64,000 nt of DNA from an uncultured Bacillota bacterium (GTDB taxonomy: Bacteria > Bacillota_I > Bacilli_A > RF39 > UBA660), in the NCBI GenBank assembly GCA_946617625.1, contig CAMOKF010000002.1, forward strand, positions 1,354 through 65,353, given 5' to 3'. Made by a program: the position numbers and the translations under genes. Below, piece by piece: positions 37,685-46,994 of the stretch (positions within the stretch are counted from its first letter, which is position 1; each line of letters opens with the position of its first letter). The notes under the pieces are model-generated. The model did no database searches and was not told the origin of the DNA. It saw only the letters and a program-made list of their open reading frames with translations.

Positions 37685-38284
37685 TCAATTGATTAATGTT
37701 CTTTGATTTGTAAATTAAGAACTATGTGAAAAACTACCACAAAGTAGCATAGATGTTATCTCGCTCTTGCTAGTTAATAGGAGACTATTAATGGATCGAG
37801 TGTAATCTATTAGTGATAATAGATTTGAGAGTGGTTACCACGAAAGAGATAATAGTAGTCTTATATAAGAGTGTAAAGGTAGGGAGACAATCGGGTTAAT
37901 CTTCGAAAGACCATTAGTAGAAATACAAAGTGGGTTAGTAGAACAACTTAAATAGTATCTGTGGTGGGTACAGTTGATGTTGAAGACCATAAAAACCTTA
38001 AATTAACTTGCAGTTGAGGTATAGCGATATACTATAAGATTGAATCCCCGTTTTCTGGCACAAATCTGCAATAGTAAGATAATGAATGAGTAATTATTTG
38101 TATCCTAGTGTGTGTTGGAAATGTTGGTATTATCCCAATGCAGTTTAAGAGCTTTGGCTTAGGTAAGAGCGGAAAAAGAGTCGCTATCTTTCAGGACTTT
38201 TACTTACTGGTGACTGAATATGCATGTTTATATATGATTAATGTGAGGAACATCTTAATTTACTAATCAAAGGGCACTAATTGA
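37685..38284 (+). ncRNA. candidate large structured non-coding RNA (~600 nt), family unidentified
   Basis: 765-bp gap with no ORF of 60 aa or more in any frame. Hand counts give 30-40% G+C per 60-nt block, with G well above C on the + strand. 37701-37720 pairs with 38254-38273 (19/20), and TCAATT 37685-90 pairs with AATTGA 38279-84. Internal helices: 37804-11/37818-25 (8 bp perfect), 38008-13/38066-71, 38020-24/38032-36, 38162-67/38203-08. Strand assignment is tentative. Confidence 0.5.
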
Positions 38285-38395
38285 CTGATTAGTAATTTTA
38301 TGATAAAATTAATGCGATTTAGAAATTTTTTAATCTAAATTCTAGAAAAAGACAATCTCTCATGTAGGAAATGTATTAATAATGGAGGGATTAAT

Positions 38396-38767
38396 ATGAA
38401 TATAGAATTAAAAAAATATCTAGATCAAACAAAAACAGTTAGTTTTAAAGATTTACTTTATTTCTTTCTTGAAAGAAATGGTGAGTCAAACTCAACTGTA
38501 TATAATCGTGTAGACATTGACAGAAGAGTTTTTTCTAAAGTTTTTGGTTATAAACCTTATAATTTAGGAAAAAGCAATATTTTAAAATTATGTTTATCAC
38601 TTAAGCTTGACTTGAGTGATTCATCAAAATTACTAAATAGTGCAGGGTATTCCCTTAGTACTACAAGTGATTTTGACTTAATTATAAGATATTGCATATC
38701 AAATAAAATCTATGATTTTAATACTGTCAATGGTTTACTATACGATTATGCGAAGACTACTTTCTAG
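38396..38767 (+). CDS. hypothetical small protein (possible HTH-like)
   Basis: 123 aa with GGAGGGA RBS and a terminator. The segment NSTVYNRVDIDRRVFSKV..LLNSAGYSLS resembles short DNA-binding proteins. Weak call. Confidence 0.4.
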   Translation: MNIELKKYLDQTKTVSFKDLLYFFLERNGESNSTVYNRVDIDRRVFSKVFGYKPYNLGKSNILKLCLSLKLDLSDSSKLLNSAGYSLSTTSDFDLIIRYCISNKIYDFNTVNGLLYDYAKTTF

Positions 38768-38793
38768 TATTAACTTGAAGTAGTCTTTTTTTG
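38753..38793 (+). terminator. intrinsic terminator
   Basis: AAGACTAC/GTAGTCTT stem with a large loop, plus T7. Confidence 0.6.
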
Positions 38794-38865
38794 TTTATTT
38801 GCTTTTTTTATTATTTTATGCATATAATAATATTAGAATGTTAATAGAAAGGTTGTAATAACATT

Positions 38866-39025
38866 TAAGCGCCTGGAGTAATTTTAAAAATATCTTACTT
38901 GACGAGGTTGGTAGTGATCGAAAGATTCGGCGGATGCTACTGCGGATAAGTGGTTCGTTAGATATATAGTAAAAAGTAAAATCAAAATTACAACAAAGTA
39001 TATATCCTCACTAATTGTTTTAATA
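38866..39025 (+). ncRNA. glmS ribozyme/riboswitch
   Basis: A|GCGCC cleavage-site context (A38868|G38869) and core CTTGACGAGGTTGGTAGTGATCGAAAGATTCGGCGGATGCTACTGCGG, closely matching the Bacillus-type glmS ribozyme. Immediately upstream of glmS. Confidence 0.85.
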
Positions 39026-39039
39026 GTGGAGGAAAATAT

Positions 39040-40791
39040 ATGTGTGGAATAGTTGGATATGTTGGTGAGCAACATCCAGAAAAAGTTTTAATTGACGGTT
39101 TAAAAAAATTGGAATATAGAGGTTATGATTCTAGCGGTATAGCTTTAATGGGACAAAAAGATGTTCAAATAATTAAAAGTGTAGGTAGAATTATTAATCT
39201 TGAAGAGACTTTAAAGAAATCTAAAATAATTGATTCTAATATGGGTATAGCCCATACTAGATGGGCTACTCATGGAGGAGTAACAGAAGCTAATGCTCAT
39301 CCTCATAAAATAGGTAAAGTTACATTAGTTCATAATGGTATTATTGAAAATGCTAATGTATTAAGAGAAGAGTTAAAAAAAGAAAAAGTTAAATTTAATA
39401 GTGAAACTGATACAGAAGTTGCAGTTGCATTAATAAATAAATACTATGATGGAAATGCTTTGTATGCTATTAAGAAAGCTACTTCTAAACTAAAAGGAAG
39501 CTATGCTTTTGCTATTATGTTTGATGGTGATGATAAGCTTTATGCTATAAGAAAAGATTCTCCATTAATTATTGGTTATGGAAAAGGTGAAAATTTTATT
39601 GCTTCAGACATAGCTGCAATTATTAATTATACAAAGGATTATAGTTTACTTGCTGAAGGTGAAATTGCAATTCTTGATAAAGAAAAAATAGAAGTATTTA
39701 GTGATGGTGAAATTATAAAGAAGAAAATTATTCATTCTAATATTACTTCTTTAGATGCTGATAAATGTGGATATGATCATTTTATGTTAAAAGAGATTAT
39801 GGAAGAGCCTAAAGTATTAGATGGATTATTTAAAAGATATAGTGATTTTTCTTTATTACCTGATATAACAAAGTATAAAGAAATACATATAGTAGCTTGT
39901 GGATCTGCTATGTATGCAGGAATTGTTGGAGCTAGTTTAATTGAAGAAAAGTGTAATATAAAATGTTATGTAGAATGTGCATCAGAATATCGTTATAAAA
40001 AAGTTATTTATGACAGGAAAACTTTGGTTATATTAATTTCTCAATCAGGAGAGACTGCTGATACAATTGCTGCAATGAGAAAAGCAAAGGATGAAAAAAT
40101 AGATACACTTGCTATTGTTAATGTTGAAACTAGTACTATTGCTAGAGAATGTGATAAGGCATTATTTATTGGAGCTGGAGTAGAGGTTGCAGTAGCTACT
40201 ACTAAAGCATATATTTTACAAGTAGCAATGCTTTCTTTATTAGTAATTAGAGCTACAAATGATAAAAAAGCTATGGAAGAAGCTAAAAAAATACCTGGAG
40301 AAGTAAATAATATTTTAGGTGAAAGAGAAATATTTGAGGGTGTTGCTAAAGATATTTATAAAGCTAGAGATGCATTCTTTATAGGTAGAGGAATTGATTA
40401 TGCAATGTGTATGGAAGGAAGTTTAAAATTAAAAGAAGTTTCTTATATACATAGTGATGCTTTTCAAGCTGGTGAATTAAAACATGGAACAATTTCTTTA
40501 ATAGAAAAAGGTGTACCAGTTTTTGCAATTATTACAGATGAAAGAATTAAGGATAAGACTGAATCAAATGTTGTAGAAGTTGAATCACGTGATGCGTTTG
40601 TATATACAATAACTAATGATCCTGAAGTACCTAATCATAGATTTAGATATGTTGTACCTAAGGTAAGTCCTTATTTTCAAGCTTTATTAGTTGTTCCTGT
40701 ATTACAATTAATAGGGTATTATACTGCTAAATTTAAAGGACTAGATATAGATAAGCCTAGAAACTTAGCTAAATCCGTTACAGTAGAATAG
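39040..40791 (+). CDS. glmS: glutamine--fructose-6-phosphate aminotransferase
   Basis: MCGIVGY N-terminal nucleophile, two SIS domains (ISQSGETADT), C-terminal KPRNLAKSVTVE. Preceded by the glmS ribozyme. Confidence 0.95.
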   Translation: MCGIVGYVGEQHPEKVLIDGLKKLEYRGYDSSGIALMGQKDVQIIKSVGRIINLEETLKKSKIIDSNMGIAHTRWATHGGVTEANAHPHKIGKVTLVHNGIIENANVLREELKKEKVKFNSETDTEVAVALINKYYDGNALYAIKKATSKLKGSYAFAIMFDGDDKLYAIRKDSPLIIGYGKGENFIASDIAAIINYTKDYSLLAEGEIAILDKEKIEVFSDGEIIKKKIIHSNITSLDADKCGYDHFMLKEIMEEPKVLDGLFKRYSDFSLLPDITKYKEIHIVACGSAMYAGIVGASLIEEKCNIKCYVECASEYRYKKVIYDRKTLVILISQSGETADTIAAMRKAKDEKIDTLAIVNVETSTIARECDKALFIGAGVEVAVATTKAYILQVAMLSLLVIRATNDKKAMEEAKKIPGEVNNILGEREIFEGVAKDIYKARDAFFIGRGIDYAMCMEGSLKLKEVSYIHSDAFQAGELKHGTISLIEKGVPVFAIITDERIKDKTESNVVEVESRDAFVYTITNDPEVPNHRFRYVVPKVSPYFQALLVVPVLQLIGYYTAKFKGLDIDKPRNLAKSVTVE

Positions 40792-40815
40792 TAGAAATAC
40801 TATTCTCTTTTTTTA
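40785..40815 (+). terminator. intrinsic terminator after glmS
   Basis: AGAATAGT/ACTATTCT stem plus T-run. Confidence 0.7.
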
Positions 40816-40852
40816 TTTTGTGATATACTTTTTTTGTTTTGGAGGAATTAGT

Positions 40853-41752
40853 ATGTGGTTTTTATGTACATTGTTAACATTTATTTCTTGGGGAGTAGCT
40901 GATTTATTTTATAAGATTGGAAACAGAGGAAACAATAAATATGACCATTTAAAAACTGGTATTGCAGTTGGAGTAGTAATGGGTATTCATGCAACTATTT
41001 ATTTACTAATTAATCATGTTAATGTTAATTTGATTGATATTATTAAATATTTACCTGTATCATTTTGTTATATTGCTAGTATGGTTATTGGATATAAGGG
41101 ACTTAAATATTTGGAATTATCTATATGTAGTCCTATTCAAAATACTAGTGGAGTTATAACTGCTATTCTTTTGTTAATTTTTTTTAAAGAGACATTAAGT
41201 ATACCTGCATATGTAGCAATATTATTAATATTTGTTGGTATAGTAATGTTATCAGTAATACAATTGAATGAAAATAAAGATGAAAGAAATGAATATAAAA
41301 AGAATAATACATTTAAGAAGATATTAACTTTAACTATTATATTTCCACTTGCATATTGCTTTATTGATGGGTTAGGTACTTTTTTAGATGGAATATATCT
41401 TGATTATGGTTCTTTAATTAGTGAAGATGCTGCTTTAGTATCTTATGAGTACACTTTTTTAATATATGGTATTATTACTTATTTATATTTAAAAACTAAG
41501 AATGAAAAGGTTGATCTATTAAATGAAAAAAGTAAAATATTTGCTGCTATATTTGAAACTATTGGACAATTCTTTTATGTTTTTGCAATGAGTGGTTCTA
41601 GTGTTATAGCTGCTCCTATTGTAGGTTCATATTGTATTTTATCAATGTTATTATCTAGAATATTTTTAAAAGAGAAGCTAACAAAAAAAGAATATGTAGC
41701 CATATTCTTAGTAATTATTGGAATTGTTATTTTAGGAATATTAGATATTTAA
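40853..41752 (+). CDS. DMT-superfamily (EamA/GRP-like) transporter
   Basis: 10-TM profile in two similar halves. ATG 40853 behind GGAGGA; the track start 40820 lies in the promoter/terminator region. Confidence 0.65.
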   Translation: MWFLCTLLTFISWGVADLFYKIGNRGNNKYDHLKTGIAVGVVMGIHATIYLLINHVNVNLIDIIKYLPVSFCYIASMVIGYKGLKYLELSICSPIQNTSGVITAILLLIFFKETLSIPAYVAILLIFVGIVMLSVIQLNENKDERNEYKKNNTFKKILTLTIIFPLAYCFIDGLGTFLDGIYLDYGSLISEDAALVSYEYTFLIYGIITYLYLKTKNEKVDLLNEKSKIFAAIFETIGQFFYVFAMSGSSVIAAPIVGSYCILSMLLSRIFLKEKLTKKEYVAIFLVIIGIVILGILDI

Positions 41753-42291
41753 CTTTGTTTATATAATGGGATATTACCAAAATTTATATTATTTTCATTA
41801 TAATCTAGAGACATATAATTTATTTCTTCTTTTTTTTCTATTTTTATATTATCTGGAAGTACACAAGTAAATTTATTATCTTTATCTAAACATCCAGCTT
41901 CTACTTTTAGTATTATTTTATTTTCTATTATTTCATATGTACCAGTAAAGGAGTCTGTTGAATAATATTCATCAATATTCATAACATATCTTCTATCTCT
42001 GGTACCCATTTCTCCATTTGAGAACGCTCTAAAGTTACTAGTAAGTATAAGATAATACTTGTAATCATTACTATAGTAGAAAGATGCTTTATCATCTGGT
42101 TTACTGACATCTTTATATGTATTTGAATTAGTATCTTTATTAACATCTTCATTATTTGTTTCTATTATATTAGTAGTATTTGTATTGGTATTATTTCCTA
42201 AAGATAAGTTTTTAGCACCAATACTTATTATTATAAATAGTATAGCTAAAAATATAATAAAAAGAATTATTCTTTTACCTAAGTCTTCCAT
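41749..42291 (-). CDS. membrane-anchored hypothetical protein
   Basis: N-terminal TM helix, an Asn/Thr-rich linker and a ~110-aa C-terminal domain. No motif recognised. Confidence 0.5.
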   Translation of the reverse strand: MEDLGKRIILFIIFLAILFIIISIGAKNLSLGNNTNTNTTNIIETNNEDVNKDTNSNTYKDVSKPDDKASFYYSNDYKYYLILTSNFRAFSNGEMGTRDRRYVMNIDEYYSTDSFTGTYEIIENKIILKVEAGCLDKDNKFTCVLPDNIKIEKKEEINYMSLDYNENNINFGNIPLYKQS

Positions 42292-42373
42292 TTTAATCCC
42301 CTCTAACGTTGCATATTATATCATATAAATTTACTTTTATCAAATTTTATATTATATTAGAAATGGTGATAAA

Positions 42374-42802
42374 ATGAAAAAAATAATGATAATATGTAGT
42401 AGTAATTTTTATGATAGAATTCCATCTATAAAGGATATATTAGAAAAAAAGTATGATCTTATTATGCCTAATGGTTATGGTGAAGAAGAAAATGACGAAG
42501 AATATTCTAATATGACTGATGAAGAATATATGGCGTTTTTTAAAGAAATGTTTCATATGAGTAGAAATAAAATTAAAGATGTAGATGCTTGTTTAGTTCT
42601 TAATTTTGATAAAAATAAGAGAGGTACAACATATTATAATTATATTGGAGCATCTACTTTTTTAGAAATGTATGAAGCCTTTATGGGTGATAAGAAAATA
42701 TATTTATATAATGATTTACCTGATAAGAATAATATGTTATATGATGAGATTAGGGGATTTAATCCTGTTATATTAAATGGTGATTTAGATAAAATTAAGT
42801 AG
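42374..42802 (+). CDS. hypothetical protein, possibly nucleoside 2-deoxyribosyltransferase-like fold
   Basis: The pattern IICSSNFY .. DACLVLNFDK .. YIGASTFLEMYEAF..KKIYLY resembles the Rossmann-like deoxyribosyltransferase-like superfamily. By-eye only. Confidence 0.35.
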   Translation: MKKIMIICSSNFYDRIPSIKDILEKKYDLIMPNGYGEEENDEEYSNMTDEEYMAFFKEMFHMSRNKIKDVDACLVLNFDKNKRGTTYYNYIGASTFLEMYEAFMGDKKIYLYNDLPDKNNMLYDEIRGFNPVILNGDLDKIK

Positions 42803-42810
42803 GTGATAAT

Positions 42811-43170
42811 GTGAAATGTCCTAAGTGTGAAAAAGAAACAAATGATGACTTGAAATTTTGTTCTAATTGTGGATATGACTTACATGTTACTGAAGATAAG
42901 ATAAAATTTGAAAATATTATTTTAATTATTACTTTAACTATTAATACTATACTTTTACTATATTCTTTTATTACTAGGAATACTTTTCTTCTTATTATGA
43001 TATTAATAGTTTATATTTTTACTTTTATTATTACTTTATCAGAATCAAGGTTTGTTAAAATTGTTAGTTTTATTATATGTGCACTTATTCTAGCTTTTTT
43101 TGCATATGTATATTACTTTTTATTAAGCTGTGAATCTGATTCTATTAATTTATTAAAAGGCTGTGAATAA
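42811..43170 (+). CDS. zinc-ribbon membrane protein
   Basis: CPKC..CSNCG zinc ribbon followed by three TM helices. GTG start behind AGGTGA. Confidence 0.55.
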   Translation: MKCPKCEKETNDDLKFCSNCGYDLHVTEDKIKFENIILIITLTINTILLLYSFITRNTFLLIMILIVYIFTFIITLSESRFVKIVSFIICALILAFFAYVYYFLLSCESDSINLLKGCE

Positions 43171-43867
43171 TGTGTTTGATACTAGTTTTAATTTTTATGG
43201 TTTCTTTATTATTTTATCTTTAATAATACCATTGTTTTTTATTTCAATAGAATTATATAAAAAGAATGTTAAGTTAGAGGAAATACTTTTTTTAATATTT
43301 TTAGAATTATTATGTATTTTATTTTTTGGTAAGTTAATTAACTATCTAATGAATTATAAAACTACTAAAAGTAATCTTTTAACTATAGGTTTATCTTCTT
43401 ATGGAGGAGTTACTGGATTAGTTATTTCTTTATTATTATTTTGTAAAATGTTTCATTATAGTTTTATACATTATTTAAAGAAACATATTATTTATGTACC
43501 TCTAATGTATAGTATTAGTAAACTTGGATGTTTCTTTGTAGGATGTTGTTATGGAATTAAATATAGTGGTATTGGTAGTATAATTTATAATTATTCTTCA
43601 ATGGCACCTAAAGGAGTAAGTTTATTTCCTATACAATTTGTAGAGACTTTAGTTTTTTTAATTATTTTTACATTTATATTTAAAAATAGAAATAAGAGTA
43701 ATATTATTTCTTATACTTTTATAATTTGTGGATTATCTAAATTTTTATTAGATTATTTAAGATATAGTCATATTAATGAAATAATATCTATTAATCAAAT
43801 TATTAGTATTATTTTTGTACTTTTAGGAATAATAGTTTTATATAAAAATAAAAAGCTTAGTAATTAA
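43163..43867 (+). CDS. Lgt-family (prolipoprotein diacylglyceryl transferase-like) membrane protein
   Basis: Polytopic. SSYGGVTGLV and KLGCFFVGCCYG motifs resemble the Lgt-like family variant seen in clostridia. Not the canonical GNFxNxE motif. Confidence 0.5.
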   Translation: MNNVFDTSFNFYGFFIILSLIIPLFFISIELYKKNVKLEEILFLIFLELLCILFFGKLINYLMNYKTTKSNLLTIGLSSYGGVTGLVISLLLFCKMFHYSFIHYLKKHIIYVPLMYSISKLGCFFVGCCYGIKYSGIGSIIYNYSSMAPKGVSLFPIQFVETLVFLIIFTFIFKNRNKSNIISYTFIICGLSKFLLDYLRYSHINEIISINQIISIIFVLLGIIVLYKNKKLSN

Positions 43868-44604
43868 GCTTTTTTTGTTTGTACTAATTTAGCATGTAGT
43901 ATTGTTCTTTCATTATTGTATCCAGAACATGTATAAAGAGTTATTATTTTTTCAGTGCTTGATAAGTCTATTTCTTTATTGATATCACTTTTGTCATATA
44001 TTGTAGTTAAGTAGTTTTTAAAGTCTTCATCAGATTTAAAATTAATTGCATTAATAAAATCATTTACATTTATTGTATATACAGAGAATACTTCATAAGT
44101 GTTCATTGTATCTAAAGTGTTATAGTAAATATAATTATTATTTTTGTACCATTCTTCATTTAATGTATTTTTTAATGTTCCGAACATTGATTCATCTAAT
44201 CTATTGTGAGCATACAGTAGAGTATTAGTATCTAAGTTTTTACTATCATTTCTATAATCCATAAAAACCCATCCTGCTGAATTATCTTGATCATTAAAAT
44301 TGTGAGTTAAATAAAAATCATTATCAGTTGTTTGTAAGACTGGATAATTAATATTAGTATTAGGTACTTGTATCCATCCTACAGTTTTATTATTTTCTTT
44401 TAGTAGTTTTTTAAAATCAGTTTTTATATATGGATATTTATCTTTTTCTTTTTCTTCAACTATATTAGTAATACTTACAGTGTGTTCTATAACATTATCA
44501 TTTGATTTATTTTCTAGTATCCAGTCTACTATTAAGTATCCAGAATATAGTAATAATATAATTGAAGTTATATAAAAGATAAATATGTATTTGTTAGTTT
44601 TCAT
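43864..44604 (-). CDS. srtB: class B sortase
   Basis: GWIQVPNTNINYPVLQTTDNDFYLTH, LYAHN (His) and ITLYTCS (TLxTC Cys). ATG 44604 behind AGGTGA. Confidence 0.85.
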   Translation of the reverse strand: MKTNKYIFIFYITSIILLLYSGYLIVDWILENKSNDNVIEHTVSITNIVEEKEKDKYPYIKTDFKKLLKENNKTVGWIQVPNTNINYPVLQTTDNDFYLTHNFNDQDNSAGWVFMDYRNDSKNLDTNTLLYAHNRLDESMFGTLKNTLNEEWYKNNNYIYYNTLDTMNTYEVFSVYTINVNDFINAINFKSDEDFKNYLTTIYDKSDINKEIDLSSTEKIITLYTCSGYNNERTILHAKLVQTKKA

Positions 44605-44718
44605 ATAATCACCTATTTTAAGTATACTAATTTTTTTCTGTTTTATCAAAATATATCTTATTGATTGACATGATTTATGATGAATTTTATAATTATTATA
44701 GAGAAACTAGGTGATAGG

Positions 44719-46248
44719 ATGAAGAAAATTACTTATGTATTTGTTACTATAATTCTTTTTGCTGTTATCTGTTTTAGTGCTGTATTTTTTCGAGATAGTT
44801 TAGCTGTTTCTGATAATGATGATAATTCAAAAATAATAGGAGAGGTTTCCTTATTAGAAAATTATGCTAAAGAGTATATTTCTTTAAATAATGTTAATAT
44901 TTCTTCTTCTGAACTTGTTTTTCAATATATAAGAAGAAATAGGTATAATGATAATTATTGGAATACTCTTTTAGGTACTATAGATTCAAATTTTGTCGAT
45001 TATGTATCTTCTAAAGGTGGAGTAGATATTAATGATCAATCTACTATTATTGATTTAGATACATATAAAGATGTAGATTTTATACATTTAATGGCTGTAT
45101 TAAACTGTTATTATAAATATGGTGATAATGTTTCTACTTTAATAAGCTCTGATTATGCTGGATATGGTGGAGACTTATTAACTTTTTTAGAAGAAATTAC
45201 TAATTACAGAATTAATAATTCTATTACTGATAAGGATGCTTTAGTTAATTATGCAATTAGTTTGTTAGGTACTAATAAGAATAGTACATTCACTAGTAGT
45301 GATATGTATGCTGATTTAGATGCTATTAATATTTATAGAAGTAGTGATATTGATTTAGAAAAGATTAGTGAATCTTTAGAAAAGTACTATATATTAGCTT
45401 CTTCTAATTATAATTATAAAAATAGAGTTAGTTCTGCTAGAACTTATATTGGTGATAATGAGAGTTCTATTAAAGAAAAAGCTAAAAATATGATGCAAAA
45501 TACTATGATTCAAAGTATGTTAGTTCCTTCATTATCTTCTAAGGTTACAACTTTAGATTATGAAGTAGTTAGTCAAGCATTTGCTGATTATATGTTAGAG
45601 AAGCCTTATTTAGTTGCTACTTCAAATAGTGGTAGTATGACTGTTGGAGATAGGGCTATAACTGTTCAATTATATGAAAGTAATTTAGGTTTACCTAAAA
45701 TAACACTAACTCATGAAATATGTGATATTGAAATAGTAGATGATGTTATGTATATAACTGCTACTAATGCTGGTACTACTGATATTACTGTGTCTTCTAA
45801 TAATGGTTTAGCTTCTATTACGTATAGATTGACTTCTACTAATGTAGCTCCATCTATTATTACTAACTTATCTAAAGAATATGATTTTTTTAGTGAAATG
45901 GATAGTTCAATTAGTATTGATGCTTTAGGAACTAATAATACTTATACATGGTATATATCTGATAGTATAGATGGTCAGTTTACTAAAATGGGTGTTACTG
46001 TTACTCCTAAATATACTTTTAAACCTACTATGGATTACGATAAAAAATATATTAAGTGTGTTATAAGTAATGAAGGAAATAATAGTGTAATAAGTAATAT
46101 AGCTTTGCTTAGAGTTAAAAATGTATCTTTAGGTGATATTGTTAATACTGGTGATATTACACTTATGCTTGCTTTTTCTATTACATTTTTAGTACTAAGT
46201 GCAAATTTTTTGATGTTTGTTTTGAGAAAAAAGAAATTAATTAAATAA
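44719..46248 (+). CDS. secreted surface protein with C-terminal cell-wall-sorting-like signal
   Basis: Signal peptide. C-terminus DIVNTGD + hydrophobic helix (ITLMLAFSITFLVLSANFLMFVL) + RKKKLIK. Divergent from srtB. Confidence 0.65.
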   Translation: MKKITYVFVTIILFAVICFSAVFFRDSLAVSDNDDNSKIIGEVSLLENYAKEYISLNNVNISSSELVFQYIRRNRYNDNYWNTLLGTIDSNFVDYVSSKGGVDINDQSTIIDLDTYKDVDFIHLMAVLNCYYKYGDNVSTLISSDYAGYGGDLLTFLEEITNYRINNSITDKDALVNYAISLLGTNKNSTFTSSDMYADLDAINIYRSSDIDLEKISESLEKYYILASSNYNYKNRVSSARTYIGDNESSIKEKAKNMMQNTMIQSMLVPSLSSKVTTLDYEVVSQAFADYMLEKPYLVATSNSGSMTVGDRAITVQLYESNLGLPKITLTHEICDIEIVDDVMYITATNAGTTDITVSSNNGLASITYRLTSTNVAPSIITNLSKEYDFFSEMDSSISIDALGTNNTYTWYISDSIDGQFTKMGVTVTPKYTFKPTMDYDKKYIKCVISNEGNNSVISNIALLRVKNVSLGDIVNTGDITLMLAFSITFLVLSANFLMFVLRKKKLIK

Positions 46249-46296
46249 TTTCTTTTTTCTTTTAATTAATATATACTTAAAGTGAGGAGTGATATT

Positions 46297-46533
46297 ATGA
46301 ATAAAAATAAGTTATGGGGAGCAATTATTTCAGCATCTGTATTAATTCTTTATTTTGGATTTTTATTTATATTATTTACATATGCGAGTGTATCAACAGG
46401 AGACATACCATTACTATTATTTGTTGTATTATCACTTTTTATAGCACTTCCACTTGTAGGAATAATTCTAGCTTTAGTTTTTAGAGTTAAAGAATTAAAA
46501 TCTGGAGAAGAGGAAGAAGCTAAGAAATATTAG
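46297..46533 (+). CDS. small two-TM membrane protein
   Basis: ~78 aa with two TM helices and an acidic C-terminal tail. GAGGAG RBS. Confidence 0.5.
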   Translation: MNKNKLWGAIISASVLILYFGFLFILFTYASVSTGDIPLLLFVVLSLFIALPLVGIILALVFRVKELKSGEEEEAKKY

Positions 46534-46542
46534 GAGGTAAAT

Positions 46543-46857
46543 ATGTTACTTGTATCAACTGAAGAAATTAAAGGAAAAGAGATTCAGGAATCTTTAGGAG
46601 TAGTTAAAGGAGAGGTTGTTCAATCTAAAAACTTTGGTAGAGATTTTATGGCTGGAATGAAAACAATAGTTGGTGGAGAAATTAAAGGATACACTGAAAT
46701 GATTAGAGAAGCTAGACAAATAGCTACTAAGAGAATGGTTGATGAAGCTACTAGTTTAGGTGCAGATGCAGTAGTTGGAATTCGTTATGGATCATCTGCT
46801 GTAATGCAAGGAGCAGCAGAAATTATAGTTTATGGTACTGCAGTTAAATTAAAGTAA
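46543..46857 (+). CDS. YbjQ/UPF0145 family protein
   Basis: 104 aa. GVVKGEVVQSKN..GGEIKGYTEM..REA..RM..A..LGADAVVGIRY is typical of YbjQ. Confidence 0.85.
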   Translation: MLLVSTEEIKGKEIQESLGVVKGEVVQSKNFGRDFMAGMKTIVGGEIKGYTEMIREARQIATKRMVDEATSLGADAVVGIRYGSSAVMQGAAEIIVYGTAVKLK

Positions 46858-46886
46858 AGAATGAAAAGTTCTTTACTTTTTATTTT
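46854..46886 (+). terminator. intrinsic terminator
   Basis: GTAAAGAA/TTCTTTAC stem plus T-rich tail. Confidence 0.7.
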
Positions 46887-46938
46887 CTTTGTTATATAAT
46901 CGTTTTGACGTTTTTGCAAAAGAGCTAGATGACTTATA

Positions 46939-46967
46939 CCCCGTGTATATAGACATGTGGCTTTTTT
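46939..46967 (+). promoter_or_regulatory. terminator-like hairpin in the leader of the ABC-2 operon
   Basis: CCCCGTGT (46939-46) pairs with ACATGTGG (46953-60), 7/8 including one G-U, followed by CTTTTTTG. Lies between TATAAT (46893-98) and the RBS. Confidence 0.35.
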
Positions 46968-46994
46968 GCGTTGGAAAGGAGTGTGAAATAAAAA

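Noticed and set aside
37685-38284. RNase P RNA, tmRNA, group II intron or T-box identity for the large non-coding region
   Set aside because: I found no GGAAAGTCC-type CR-I box on either strand. There are no tRNA-like acceptor/T-arm ends (GGTTCGAATCC..CCACCA). There is no GTGYG 5' end or 34-nt domain V (AGC..GNRA..bulge); AAGAGCGGAAAAAGAGTCGCT is too short. There is no downstream aminoacyl-tRNA synthetase gene. GGTAAGAGCG resembles an RNase P segment, but only in isolation.
37685-38284. MITE-like mobile element, with terminal inverted repeats instead of an RNA closing helix
   Set aside because: Not fully rejected. I found no flanking direct repeat (target-site duplication), no second copy in this window, and an interior that is G-enriched and helix-rich rather than AT-rich. 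I therefore favour a structured RNA. A genome-wide copy count would decide.
38884-39075. 63-aa minus-strand ORF from the track
   Set aside because: It lies entirely on the opposite strand of the glmS ribozyme and the glmS start. It has no RBS and a low-complexity composition, so it is an AT-rich antisense artefact.
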